Source: Nemertoderma westbladi (Eukaryota; Animalia; Xenacoelomorpha). Taken from it: a DNA stretch of 47,402 nt. Shown one piece after another: positions 23,325 to 35,774 of this stretch; the stretch's first letter is position 1; each line of letters starts with the position of its first letter. Below the pieces are notes generated by a model, which did no database searches, was not told the DNA's origin, and was given only the letters and a program-made list of their open reading frames with translations. Location: the NCBI GenBank assembly GCA_032718475.1, contig JAUCBJ010006457.1, forward strand, positions 1 through 47,402. The letters run 5' to 3'. Both the position numbers and the translations under genes were made by a program.

Positions 23325-23795
23325 TAACTGACACTTTGCAGAAGAAATTCTACCTGACCATAGCTGCGTGTTGGGAGGACGCCGACCAGTTTGCGGTTCT
23401 TCAGTCTGCCACTAGGAGGCGAAATGTCTGAAAGTGAAAATCTTATCCTATTTTGTTATTAATAATGATTTTTAGCTGATACTTAGGTCCTTTACACAAT
23501 ATGTTTATAATGTTTTTTTGCTGATACCAAGCAGAGTATACTACACCGTAGTAGGGTGTGTATTTGGGGAGACGATGACCAATCGACAGTTCCCCAGTCT
23601 GCCGCTATTAGGGGATGAAATGTCTGAATGAGGAAACCTACAATTTTGTTGTTTATGAATGCTTTTTTGCTGATACTTGGCACTTGGCAGAGGACTACTA
23701 CACCATAGTCTTCGTGTTTGGGGAGGACGCTAACAAGTGCATAATTATGCAGTCTGCCACTAAGGGGCGAAATGTCTGAAATTAAAACCTATTTT
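23325..23795. repeat. Three diverged ~170-200-bp tandem units
   Basis: Shared core CAGTCTGCC(A/G)CTA..GG.GAAATGTCTGAA at about 23402, 23595 and 23750; a related single copy in inverted orientation at about 46385-46430. Confidence 0.75.
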
Positions 23796-25700
23796 AATAC
23801 GATAGAGTTGCTAAAACGGAATCAGTCTGTTAGTCTTATGTAAAGTTTTGTTAAGTTAATTAATTATTTTATTTATCAATTTATGTTTGATATTGTCCAT
23901 TGATTGATTGACTGTATCTATAGAATCTTGTGAACTAGAAAGCCGTATCAAGCCGTATCTTTCTAGTATATCAATAATTTAATATTGATTGACTGTTGTT
24001 ATGTTTCGATAATACAATTACTTTATTTAATTATTATATATCATAAAAAAAACACCCTCCTGCACCACTAATTAACTTTGGTTGTTACATACCAAAACAA
24101 CACAAAAAAAGAGACACTAGTGGGCAGTCCTACTCAAAAGCGAGAGGTCATCAACAAGATAGCAAAATGTGTTAGTTAGTGCTGTACTCATTCAATATAT
24201 AAAATATATATACATTACATTATACTTATTATCTATGAATCATTATTTAATTTTAAATTACATAAGATAAAAACCAATATATAACAAAAATAAAATCAAC
24301 AACCAAATATCAATTTCAGCAACTAATTTTGAACACAAATGACTGATTTAGATTAGTTAATACCGAAACTCTGGTGAAAGTAACTGTATTTTATAAATTT
24401 CAATTTAATTTATTTTACAAACCAAAAACATAGTTTTTTACATGACTCCGTGCACGTGTAATAATGTATAATTTTTATTATTAGGGCAAACGCTTACCCC
24501 TACGGATATCTGACATCTTGTTTTTCGTAATTTCTAATCTTTCTTATCTTATATCTTATTTCTTGATTCGTAATCTTATCTTTCATATTTTTTAACTATT
24601 AAATTACCAGCATGTCCTGTCCAGTGCAGGTGAGCCACGTTTGGTGGTATACATATAATGGGTATATAGCACGCTATAATGTGTTTTTTTATGTTCGCAA
24701 GTCCATTAAATAGTACGCTCACTGCTGAGCCATTTACAATTTTTCTATGAAATCAAGAGGATATACCGTTATGTCAGCATAATATACATACATTGACGTT
24801 ATACAAGGACATCCATCAGTACTGTTACTGTACCAAATTTAATAAGATATTCTATACCCAAGGTTACATTCAATAGAAACACACAACAAACACATAATGT
24901 ACCTACACAGTAAGGGGGCGTATTTTAGCGTTACCATGGATTTACGCATGGATCAATAGGCCCAGGGTGCTGATAGCTGATAACAGTTTGGTAGGAAGGA
25001 ATAACCACTCCGCCAGGATTACAGCCAACACAGAACTTGTTGATTCCTGCATTACCTTCCTACCAGCTACAATTGTGATCTCGTGAATATCGATTTTACA
25101 TCTACTTTTGTTCATTAATAATATGTATATTATTATTTTGTTCATTTGTATCTATTATTTTTCTGCATGATATATATTAGATTAAGAATTATATTTTCGG
25201 GCATACAATTTCTTTATAAAGTTGAGTTGATACTGTAAGTTCATCCTATACCTCAAAATATTTTTCTAATTAGCTATTTGTTGATTCCTTAACAAAATAT
25301 TATTTTTATATATATTATTTTTCAATAAAAAAAAATATATTTCATATATTGTATTAAGTTTATTATAAATCTAATCTATATATTTTTCATCACACCATAC
25401 AATATTAATTAATTATATTCCGATAGACTTTTTTTTTCCGATAGACTGATTGCCCCATTTCTTTTATAGTACAAAATCAGATAGTTTCGTATTGCATTTA
25501 AGTTTAATTATATTTAATATATAATTAAATATAATATTTTTAATATATTAATAATTTTATATTATATGATTCTATAATTGAATATATTAATATATATTAC
25601 TTTTTATATGTTATTTTAGTAAAAATGACTAAAAAATATATGTAATATTTAAAATAACAAATAATGTGAAGTTTAAAAATATATTGTTTTAAAATTTGAT

Positions 25701-26023
25701 ATGATGGCAAAACTTTCATCTGGTGGTCTTGGTAGCCGAAACAATAAGGTCCATCCTGGAGGAAGTGAAGCCAACGCCACAGACACGGGGACGGATAGCA
25801 ACAAGTCCCAATCCCGCAATCAACCGACCACAAGTAACCACCAAACTCCCGCCCCCCAAAACGAATCAGGCAGTGGCAAAACCGCGCAGAGCTCCGGCAG
25901 ACAGAATGTTTCAGCCTTCACTTTTGATGAAAGTGATGTAAAAAAGTTACAGGCAGGGAATGGAGATGACATCACCCCCAAACGCGGGCCAAGTTTACTT
26001 TCAGTTCCGGATTCTGGCAACAG
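25701..26023 (+). CDS. Host gene, probable first coding exon (disordered N-terminus); product unidentified
   Basis: GC-richer 108-codon ORF in very AT-rich flanks, ending in donor CAG|GTAAAA (phase 2). Confidence 0.65.
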
Positions 26024-26997
26024 GTAAAAAAATCCAATACAAGAGGCATGTATTGTATCTATATTGATGTGGAATGTGAATCTTTACGTTTCAGTATTAA
26101 ATATCGATTTTATTATCTATATCATCTCAGATAAAATGTACACCTGGAACTCTGATTCTATTGTATGTTTCTAATTTACGTCCTTATGGCCTCCCATCTG
26201 TCAATAACAAATCTACATTATGTTGACACACTACCATGCGTCAAATGATGTACATGGCAACATGATTTATTATTGTTCTATCCTCCCGCATGGAACACAC
26301 ACAGGGTAGATTAGTTTGGCAATTTTGATAAAAAAATCAAAAATCTAATTTATTTTTTTCATTAAATATATAATATTATGAAATTAGGAAAACTGCGCGA
26401 AATTTATCGAAGTGCCTTTTGGGTAAAAATATAGTCATTCCAAGATATTTGCCTTCAAAGTTGAAACCTTCCCTCACAAAACTGTTGGTCTCTGTGGTCT
26501 TGTTGGTTAATAATATCTGGCATGAATGGAGCAAATCACAGATATTCATAACGGGGGTTTTCATGGTCAGTGATTAAATTTCCGAATCAGTTTTAATATA
26601 TGATGGAATCTGGTCTATCTGTCTGTCCGTTAGTCGGTAAGTTTAGACACGGAGACATAAAAAGTTCAGGGCAGACCAACAGACATGGAGACTGTGATAA
26701 CTCGAAAAGATGACGCAAAGCCGTATTCAGTTTTGAATGGGAGAATCTTTCAAGCTTATTACCCCTATTTGGTCCCGGGGGATACATATAGTTAAGTATA
26801 TTTGTTGAATATCTGATAAATTGTTTCAGCAAAACGGAAATATGGTTATTTGATTTACTGAATTTATGTAAGTAAACCATCCAGTATTCAAATTTATTGC
26901 AAAATACTTTTAATATAACTTTACTAATATTTCATAAGTCTAAGTTAAAGTGAGTGTTACCCAATACCCCCCAGAAATACTAGTGTTATTGCGTGGT

Positions 26998-27600
26998 GGG
27001 GGGGGGGGGGGGGGGGGGGGGGTTTACCATTTTGGTTCAAAATATGTCGAAATTATTTTATGATCGATTATAATACCCGATTAAATGGTGTTTCTTCCAA
27101 ATCTGAAAACCGCTATTTAATAGCTCTTTTAGTTTTCAAGTGATAACAATTTCCATTTAGGGAGACCAAATGAAATTACTGTTACTATGTACCGGTATAA
27201 TGAAAGGTCGATTATCTCCAAATATTTTTTTTACGAAATTGTCAACTTCAAAACCCTACTTCTTCTACAATAAGTGTTGAGCAATTAGTCTGAAAATTTC
27301 TGTGGGTGTCTACATAGCTACCCTGCATAAAATTATCAGAAAACTTTTTGAAATTTTTTGTTAAAAAATTTAATAGTATTTTTAACAAACCTAAAATATT
27401 AGAAAAAATTTGCAGCGCCACCTAGAGGTGCATAATTATTTTCACAAAATAAGCCTGATAGTTATGTTTCCCCATCTTTGATCTATCATAATGTATAAAA
27501 AATTAGATTCTAAACTGTAAAAGACTAGAGTTTAAAGCGCAACCTAATTTTTTTATTGTATTAACTAATATTAAATAGCGAAAAATAAATTTTTTTCGAT
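26998..27600. mobile_element. Interspersed MITE-like repeat, uninterrupted copy
   Basis: Colinear with 41430-41606 + 42041-42330 + 43330-43400 (e.g. CCAAATCTGAAAACCGCTATTTAATAGCTCTTTTAG; GCAGCGCCA.CTAG.GGTGCA). Confidence 0.75.
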
Positions 27601-27684
27601 CTGTCCGATCTAAATTCCAAATTATAGTTGTCCGAAAATGGTGTAGGCCTACCCCCACCCCTTAAGGAATTGAATCCAAAATTG

Positions 27685-27772
27685 CAATCGATCCCTAAAA
27701 CGGGATCCCGAAAATGATAATCCCGGTCCCGATCCCGGAAATCCCGAAAAGTCTGATCCCGTTTGAACACTA
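27685..27772. mobile_element. Single end of a hAT-like MITE
   Basis: Cluster of ATCCCG subterminal motifs ending GTTTGAACACTA (TAGTG... terminus); partner end not seen. Confidence 0.4.
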
Positions 27773-29275
27773 GACTGTGTACTGTATTGTATAACTATAC
27801 TGTACTAGTACTGTATTGTATAACACGCAATATTTAATTGATAAAGTACTATGTGGCGTGCAAGCACGCGGGATGTAAATCTTCACCATTACTACACAAC
27901 ACAAACAGACACTGTACCATCAGCAGTAACAAAAATACCTATGTGGCTCATTCCATGAAAAGGTCAACCTCCCCACTAATTTCGAAAAATGAGATGTAGC
28001 TTTGAATTTATACTTATTTTAGGTCAAAATTTATCGTACTTCATGAATTCAGTGCTAAAAATTGTATCAACACAGGTGGTTTCTCAAAAATAGTCGAATT
28101 ACAAATTATGCACCTGCTCTGCACAAAATGTGAATAAAAGTGTGCAAAAGTTTCGTTTCTTGTAGGCACTTCCTATGACCAATAAATTAACATTTCTGAA
28201 CGTGTACCAAATCAAAAACAAACCCATTTTCGAATTTTTTTGGTTTCATTAAATTTCACCAGTGTTTCATTCCTCTGTAATGAAATCGAAAAAGTTAATC
28301 ATGTGATGTCCCATACTTTACCTAAAATTGAATGAAGTGAAATTTTTAGTTTATTCACAGAGATGTAACTCATCCTAATCACCCAGTGGAATGCAAAGCA
28401 CGTTTGTGTTGCGTCATCGTATAAAACAATTCGCTTAATTTTCACTCCCTCAGAAACATCATGACGGCCAATTGAAAATTGTCCCATACTTTACCATTAT
28501 AATGGCGATTACATTAGTGCACTGTATTAATGTAATATAGGAAACCTGGAGGGCAGGAGTGTTATAATGCTTTAGGGTGATTGTAGGGGGAAGCATAAGT
28601 ATGTATTTGAACTAAGAATAATTCCTCAGTTAACTAATCTTTGAGTTTATGCATGTAAAGTCCCGTACTTTACAACAAATTTCAAAAGAAGTAGTTTTTT
28701 TTAGCAGATAAGAAGATCGGTAAGTAGAGTAATTTATACATTTTCAGAAAAATGGAAAGACTTTTCACCGACTACATGTGTACCAAGTTTGGTTATAATT
28801 CATCAATGATTGGCGGACTTATTTCGGTTTTTATCGAAATTTTGAAACTATCGGTACCAATAGACAGACTGTCTGATATGTAACTTTTGATTCCTTAAAC
28901 CTCAGATTCTTTCCAAACTTTTGACAGGCTTCATATGTGTACAGTACAGTACCAGGTTTGGTTTAATTTCATCTAGAAATGACTGAGTTATACAGCATTA
29001 GTGATCAAAAATTAGACAGATGACATACAACTCCTCGAGGGCACCCATATGCTAAGACTTCGGGTCAATTTGTAGGTCGCCCCACATTTTGCATCCATAT
29101 CTTGGTTGGAAATACTTAGTTGCACTTTATTATCACTAATTATCAAGAAATTATTATTATTATTATTTTTATATTTATTTAATCCGGTTCATAAATAGAA
29201 TCAAACCATAATACATACCCCGTAAATTAAGTAGCACAATGTAGATGTAAATGTAATATAAATGTATTTAATTAA

Positions 29276-32143
29276 TTAATCTCCTACCCCAAATCGATTC
29301 AGCCATATTCTGGAACTATGCAATGTGCACATATTAACCATTAATAGAATATTGTTATTAGTCTTGTTTACCCTATTGTATAAACTTTGTATGGAACAAT
29401 ATCGAATATGAATGAAGCAAGGTAAATTATTGGTACCAAAAAATAAAGACATACTAGCACGGAAAGGTAACTTGAAAAATATACGTGCAGCCGAATTATA
29501 AGCAACCTTCAGTCGATTATACACAAACTCAGAATAATTCAAAGACGACCATAAAGCATTACAATATAGTGGAGTGATATATGCCCTAAAAAGTGTAAGT
29601 TTCACGGAGTTCGTACAGTTACTAAATTTCCTACATAATGTATTTGCGCGTGCATATAAGCCTCTAGTTACATTCTTGATATCGTAATCATCATCTCTAC
29701 TTTCATGAATGACGTGCCCTAAGTAAATATACTTATCGGTTCTAGAAATTACTCTATCGTGTAAGTACATAGGTGCCATATTAACTAGGTTGCTCGAACG
29801 GTGATTGAAAAACATAATCTTTGATTTCTTTAGGTTAAACAAAATACTGTGGCTGATACTGTAATCAAAACACGTATTTATTAGTAATTGTAAACCTACG
29901 GCAGAGTTAGATAATAAACAGATGTCGTCAGCATACATTAAATGGTTAATTCTGTACCCGTCAAACATGCATCCAACATTAGTGCACAGAAGTTTATCCG
30001 ACAAATTATCCATATACACATTAAATAAATACGGACTTAGAATACCGCCTTGTTTTACACCATTTGTTACATGAAACCTATCAGTTAATGTAGAGCCCCA
30101 TTTGACCTGTAGAGTTTGAAACCTATACCAGTAAATTAGAGTCCTAATAATAAATAGCGGTATATTTCTATCCAATAACTTATGAAAAAGCGTATCATGC
30201 ACAATTCGATCAAAAGCTTTACTAGCATCAAGAAAGCATACGTAAACGGATGAGTCATTGTGTAAGTAGTAATCAATGATCTCTTTTAAACTATAAACAC
30301 ATAATTCGGTACCACTTTTGGACTTAAACGAAAACTGAAAATCACTTGTAATTAGATATGTTTCTATACGAGCAAATAATATATATTCGAATATCTTACT
30401 GAAAATATCTGATAACGCAATTGGTCTATAGTTACATTTATCATCAATTGTATTATTTTTATCCTTAATTATGGGTACAAGTACGCTATGGATTATGCTC
30501 TCGGGAAGAAAGCCATGCACATTAATTGCACTTAACACGATAGCCAGCATAGTATTCAGTATACTACATTCACCAAAAATGAAATGTTCGGCACTAATAC
30601 CATCGGGTCCAGCTGATTTACCAGCTTTCAGATTTGAAATAGCACAACTAATTTCTAACGGACTAATAATCATATCTTGTGAAAAAATAATATCCGATAA
30701 ACGCTCATCAACACTACGCACATGAAAATCATTATTAACACCATTACAATTAAATAAATCCGAATAAACCGTTTTAAACATATTACCGATTTGTTCTGCA
30801 CCAACAGCACCACTAACAACATTTGGTAGTGGTACATTAATATTATTTTCCTTTTTGACATTTTTCCAAAAATCCCGACTATCTTTTTGTAAATGTGAAG
30901 TTGCCAGTTTATCTGCCTTAAAAGCAGCCTTATTTCGTTTGCACTGACGTAAGGCACGTTTGAATGTCGCCTTACCTACAAGATACTGGCGATGCAGCTC
31001 ACCCTGATGTGGCGAGCCTGCATCTCGCCACTGTTTAAAAAGTACTCGTCGGGAAAGTTCGTACTTTTCACTAACTGTGTCGTTCCATCCCGGAATATTA
31101 TGGGTATTCTGGGATTCACTATTAATTGCCTTTGGAATCCATTTATTTGCACAATCGCTAATTTTATTTTCAATTGATTCCCAAAGATTCGTAATACATG
31201 TAGTATGATCCGTGTTTCGACATGTTGCATTAGTACAAGTTAAAACATCTGGAATCTGTATACCACACAAGGCGGCGTCGAGATCCGTACGATAATTTTG
31301 TAGATCACCTAAAGTCGCTTTATCCCACAATAACCTCTTGGTTCTGATGGACTCAGACTGTGATTGTTGAAAATTTTCCGAGTTAATACTAATAGGTTCA
31401 ATACAAAGACTAAGCAGAAGCGGCATATGATCCGTAACTGTTAAGTCTTAGTCTATATATATATCTCGTAAAATACTATTACAACTAGGTGTTACCACAA
31501 CATGGTCAAGCCATGAACTCGTGCCATACGCAGCACTAACAAAAGTAAACGTTGAGTTACTTAAATGATCAACATCAAAAATATTGAGATTAAAATCTCT
31601 GCACCACTCAGTTAGTTCATTAAAAAACATTCTTCCTGGTGCCGCATTAAAATCTCCAATAATACAACAACCAGTTGATGGTGTTGACTCAATCAGTGAG
31701 CGTAACCTACCTAGGTATTCTAAATATAAGTCCATATTATCATTCGACTCATATGGTAGATATACATTAATTATCAGTATTTTATCACCATTTACACCAT
31801 TAATATAAAACGGCATCACTCTAGGGTCCTCAGAGTGAATACGCTCTATAGCTGGAACCAATTCTTGTCTCACTAGAATAGCTAAGCCGCCATAAGGGCG
31901 ACCAACTCGCAAACTTAATGTTAGATCGACTGGAGATGACCCGTACGGTACAAATTCCTTATGTACAGTGCTAAGAAACGCGAGTTCTTGTTTAGGCAAC
32001 ATGTGTTCTTGTACCAGTATTATATCAGATCTTTCACACAAATTACGGACTACTAAAAGAGATTCGTCAGTACGTATAGAATTACAGTTGTATGTTGCAA
32101 CACGAATAACGTTAGTGCTCTGTTCTGTAGTAGTAGTAGCCAT
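29276..32143 (-). pseudogene. LINE ORF2 (APE endonuclease plus reverse transcriptase), 956 codons with a single premature TAA at 31448-50
   Basis: ATYNC, VQEH, YGGLAI, INVYLP, GDFNA, WLDHV, then ID*DLTVTDHMPL in frame; NYRPIAL, FLDASKAFD, GVKQGGILSP, MYADD, YLGH. Confidence 0.92.
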
Positions 32144-32207
32144 GATGAAAAATTAATATAAAATTACATGAATATTTACATAAATATATAAACAAAATAT
32201 TTTTATT

Positions 32208-34308
32208 TCATTTATCAGAATGATCAGTTTCCACCGAGTTTACACTATTAATACCACCCAAATCGTTATTGCCGACCTGTGTCCCCGCCCGTATTGGTAT
32301 ATCTACCACAGTGTCAGTTGTGTTGGTGGTACCCGATGAGAAACGAGATAGATTACCTGACTGTGGTGGTCGCGGTCTATACTCGAACTTTCGAATGCGG
32401 CTGAATTCCGGCCAATTATCAGGGTCTAATAATTTGTCCTCCTCTCGTCCCTGTGTGCAGATCAACATATATATATATATGTTTATTGACTAATATCCGA
32501 CAAAAGACATTATTATCATTAAATATTTGACGAAAATGTCCCAGTTATTGTCTCGAGTTAGTGTCTTTGCAGTTCTTTGAAAATTTCAGAAATTATTTTG
32601 ACGATTCTTTCCCCGTTGTTTATTAACATAAATTCTGCTACCGTGGAGTAGGATTTTCCCCCCAATATATCTTTCGTCAGTGAACAACCCGATAACACGT
32701 GTAATTCGTTCTGTACCGACGATCCATCACATATTTGCAGACTCGTTCTTCTCTAGGTACACGTGTCCACCTTCCTGTCTCTACCCTTAAGCGATGCGCG
32801 CTTAAACGAAATCTTGTAAAATCGATCCTGTTCTGCTCGTGTATGTACGGTTTCTGCTGATTATATACCTTGTGGATAGTTAGATTAGGGTTTATTTCCA
32901 GGTAAGTTGCCAATTTAGTGTGGATATGAGCAGTATCTTTAATTCTACTCTTCAAACCATTAATATTTCTAGCTATTATATTACCTTCCGTCAGTTCTAA
33001 CTTATTTAAAAGCGCGGGTGTTCCCTGTTTTTGCCAGATGATACGCGATGTGTGCAGGATCTTCTTGGTGCCACGATTTCTTGAGTCTTCGGATAGAGTT
33101 TCTAATATTATTGTCGATAACGGATCCTACCTCGGCCATACCAATCTCTGTATAGCACAGCACATTCGGTGTTGTTGTTTTAACGCCTAAAAGTATTTTT
33201 ATCAGTTTACTCTGCTTCTATACATAAACGAGGAAAACCTCCCCCCTTCCTTGGATATCTTCTTGCAAATGATTACTAGTTCCATCGTCTTGGATACATA
33301 TTCCGTGATCTGTTTTTCGGTTACATTTGCTGCACAGCCAGAGAGATGCACTCGTTTCGTTGGTGCGACCGTATCGAATGACTTGCACTTAGATGTGCCG
33401 AATTTGAAGTTGGTACCGGTACCGCCAGCTACGCCGCCCGCACCACTAATGCGAACGTTTCTGCGACCAGATGGACCCATATTGCGATCAGTATGCGCGG
33501 AATCCTGCACAAACTGCTCCAGTCTGCTCCGCCCATCAGGACACTGAGTATACCACATCCCCAAATCATCCGTGTTGTCTGCCTCACTTCCAGTATACTC
33601 CGACTGAATCATATCTGACAAAGCAGCATACGGGTTACTGCTAAGATACGACCTTGGATCCCGAGTTCGATTAGACGGCGCAGTACGCCGCGGTCGACCC
33701 GGAGGTGGACGAATTGGCGGGCCCGAGGCTCGCCTTAACACATTGCTGTATATAGGCATAGGCCTACCTCTTTCAGCGTGAATTGATCCGACCCCATCTC
33801 CTGCGGCCGCAGAAGGCTGGAGACCTACAGCAGGTACAGATGGTGGTTCCACAATCCCGGCTGGCGGTGGTGTCTGCAAAACCCGTACGTCTGGTTCAGC
33901 TTCTGCCGGCCTACCACCACCGGTAATCTGATCCGGTGTTCGAGATTCGAGTACAGCTACTTAGTTTCAGCAACATGTATGATAAATCTGAGCCAGATAA
34001 GGCAAATGGCGGTAGAATACACGGATTACCAGAAACAAAGTTTGGTTTTCCGGGATCAGGGATTCCAACAAAATATGCGGATTCAAACATATCTACAATA
34101 TCAGTAACAATGGACTTACGCATACTACCACCAGATTTCCGCTGTTTGGCAAAGTTCTCGGTAGACTTCGTTGCGTCATCACAGGGTAGGATATCTGTTA
34201 GGTTAATTGTAAGAGACCATTTTGACCATAAAATTCGTACAGGTCCCGTACTTTACCTAGCAATATCCCATACTTTACCACACTCACCACACTGTAAACA
34301 ATTAGCCA
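32208..34308 (-). pseudogene. LINE ORF1, disrupted, with an RRM-like C-terminal domain
   Basis: DIVD...PNFV....LPP....D...LL block and KRVHLSGC..NVTEKQITEYV...CKKI....FSSF|MLIC...LLDPDNWP. A stop, a frameshift and a nested insertion are present. Confidence 0.7.
32470..33221 (-). mobile_element. 5'-truncated L2/Crack-type LINE 3' fragment nested in ORF1
   Basis: KILLGVKTTTPN...; TRFRLSAHRLRVETGRW..VPREERVC; AATAAA plus (AT)n tail; ACATA duplicated at 32465-69 and 33222-26. Confidence 0.85.
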
Positions 34309-35621
34309 TGTAGCAATTCGTCTGATATTTATATTTTTATTTAAGCTTAATAATACAGCTTTATCCTAAACATCAACTCAACACCGTACCTGCGCACAAT
34401 TCGCTAAATTTTAGAATTGAAATCATAAAATGAAAAAAAAACATTTCGTACTGTACGAATCCGTACTTTACCTTAATTGGACAAGCTGGTGTTTTCTCAA
34501 AAGTGACTAAGTCCCGCCATAAGCTTCGTGAAATCAAAGCTGATATTCGAAAGTTCAATCCAACACATATGTGTGCACATATGTGCTGTGGATAACATTG
34601 TACAGGCACAATCAAAGTTCAAAATTGTGTACGAATGTACCGTACCGTACTTTACTTTGGAATGAGCCATGTACGTTTCCCTCTCATGATTCTAATTACA
34701 CCAATTATTGTAGTACTACAGTTAACGGCCTACATTACTCAGATATGGGGGGGGGGGGGGACTGGACGCAATAAAAAATCATCCCTTTCCAGGGGAAATT
34801 TGACGCAAATAACAGCTGATTACTCTCAAAAATAAAACTGTAACCTGCTCTATTGTGTTTAGTTTATTGTTTTGGTTAAAATAACATTAATTCGTCAAGA
34901 TGGGATTTGCATCCAGTCCCCACCCCCCCCCCCCCCCCCCCCCCTGTATCATATTATTACTAAAATTCATTCACCTGGAATTATTAATAAATTCACATTC
35001 GCCCATCCCTTGACTGAGAAGGTTAACAGCTATAAAATATATAACACACAATAATGCTACCCTATGAAATAATTCAAGTTTGTAAGGGAGTGGAGTTTAG
35101 GAAGTAGGGCCTACTGTAAGCAAACAGAATGGTGTAGGCCTACTAAGTACAATAATCTTGGCAACCATCATCGATTTATATTAACTAAGCTTGTGTATAA
35201 TTCCTTTACATAAGCCATTTTTCATCATGAATAACAGCTGTTATTTTACCATTGCGTCTATGACACTTTTCGTTTATTTCATTTTTTGCAAAAACTAATG
35301 ACTGTATTTTTCTGAAAATTGCTTATACACCCATTCAGACCTTGAACTATAGGAGGGTAGGCCTACTGAAAACAAAACAATGACAATTGACCGGATAGTT
35401 GCGGAGCTTTTGTGTGACAAGCTAACGAACAGACAGAGAGACACGATTTTCTTACAGTAAGTAAATCTGAAGGATTTACAAATTATTACTTTTGGACGTA
35501 TAATTAATTGTTTACAATCCACCGAATTTAGTTGTAATATATGGTTAAACAAAAAATATCGATTCATTTCAGCATTCATTAATTGGATCATTTCAGATTT
35601 CATTTATCTATTAATTTTCAG

Positions 35622-35774
35622 TGTGTCTGGGGTATCCAAGAAACGCGCGAGTCTCAAATCGAATTCATCCTCTATTAGTATGGGAGGGTCTATGGATGGC
35701 TCTCCGAGAGGCTCTAGTGCCGAATCTGGGACAAACAGCAGTGCCTTCAGGAAACTTATGTTGAGTGCAAGAAG
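35622..35774 (+). CDS. Probable next exon of the same gene
   Basis: Acceptor ttaattttcag|T is phase-2 compatible; open frame SVSGVSKKRASLKSNSSSISMGGSMDGSPRGSSAESGTNSSAFRKLMLSAR; donor AAG|GTTCGT. Confidence 0.6.

Larger units (their letters stand above)
29150..34390 (-). mobile_element. Near full-length CR1/L2-group LINE (ORF1 plus APE-RT ORF2), inside the putative host intron
   Basis: ORF1 remnants 34308->32208, ORF2 32143->29276, AATAAA and (TAA)n tail at about 29150-29180. 5' boundary approximate. Confidence 0.9.
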
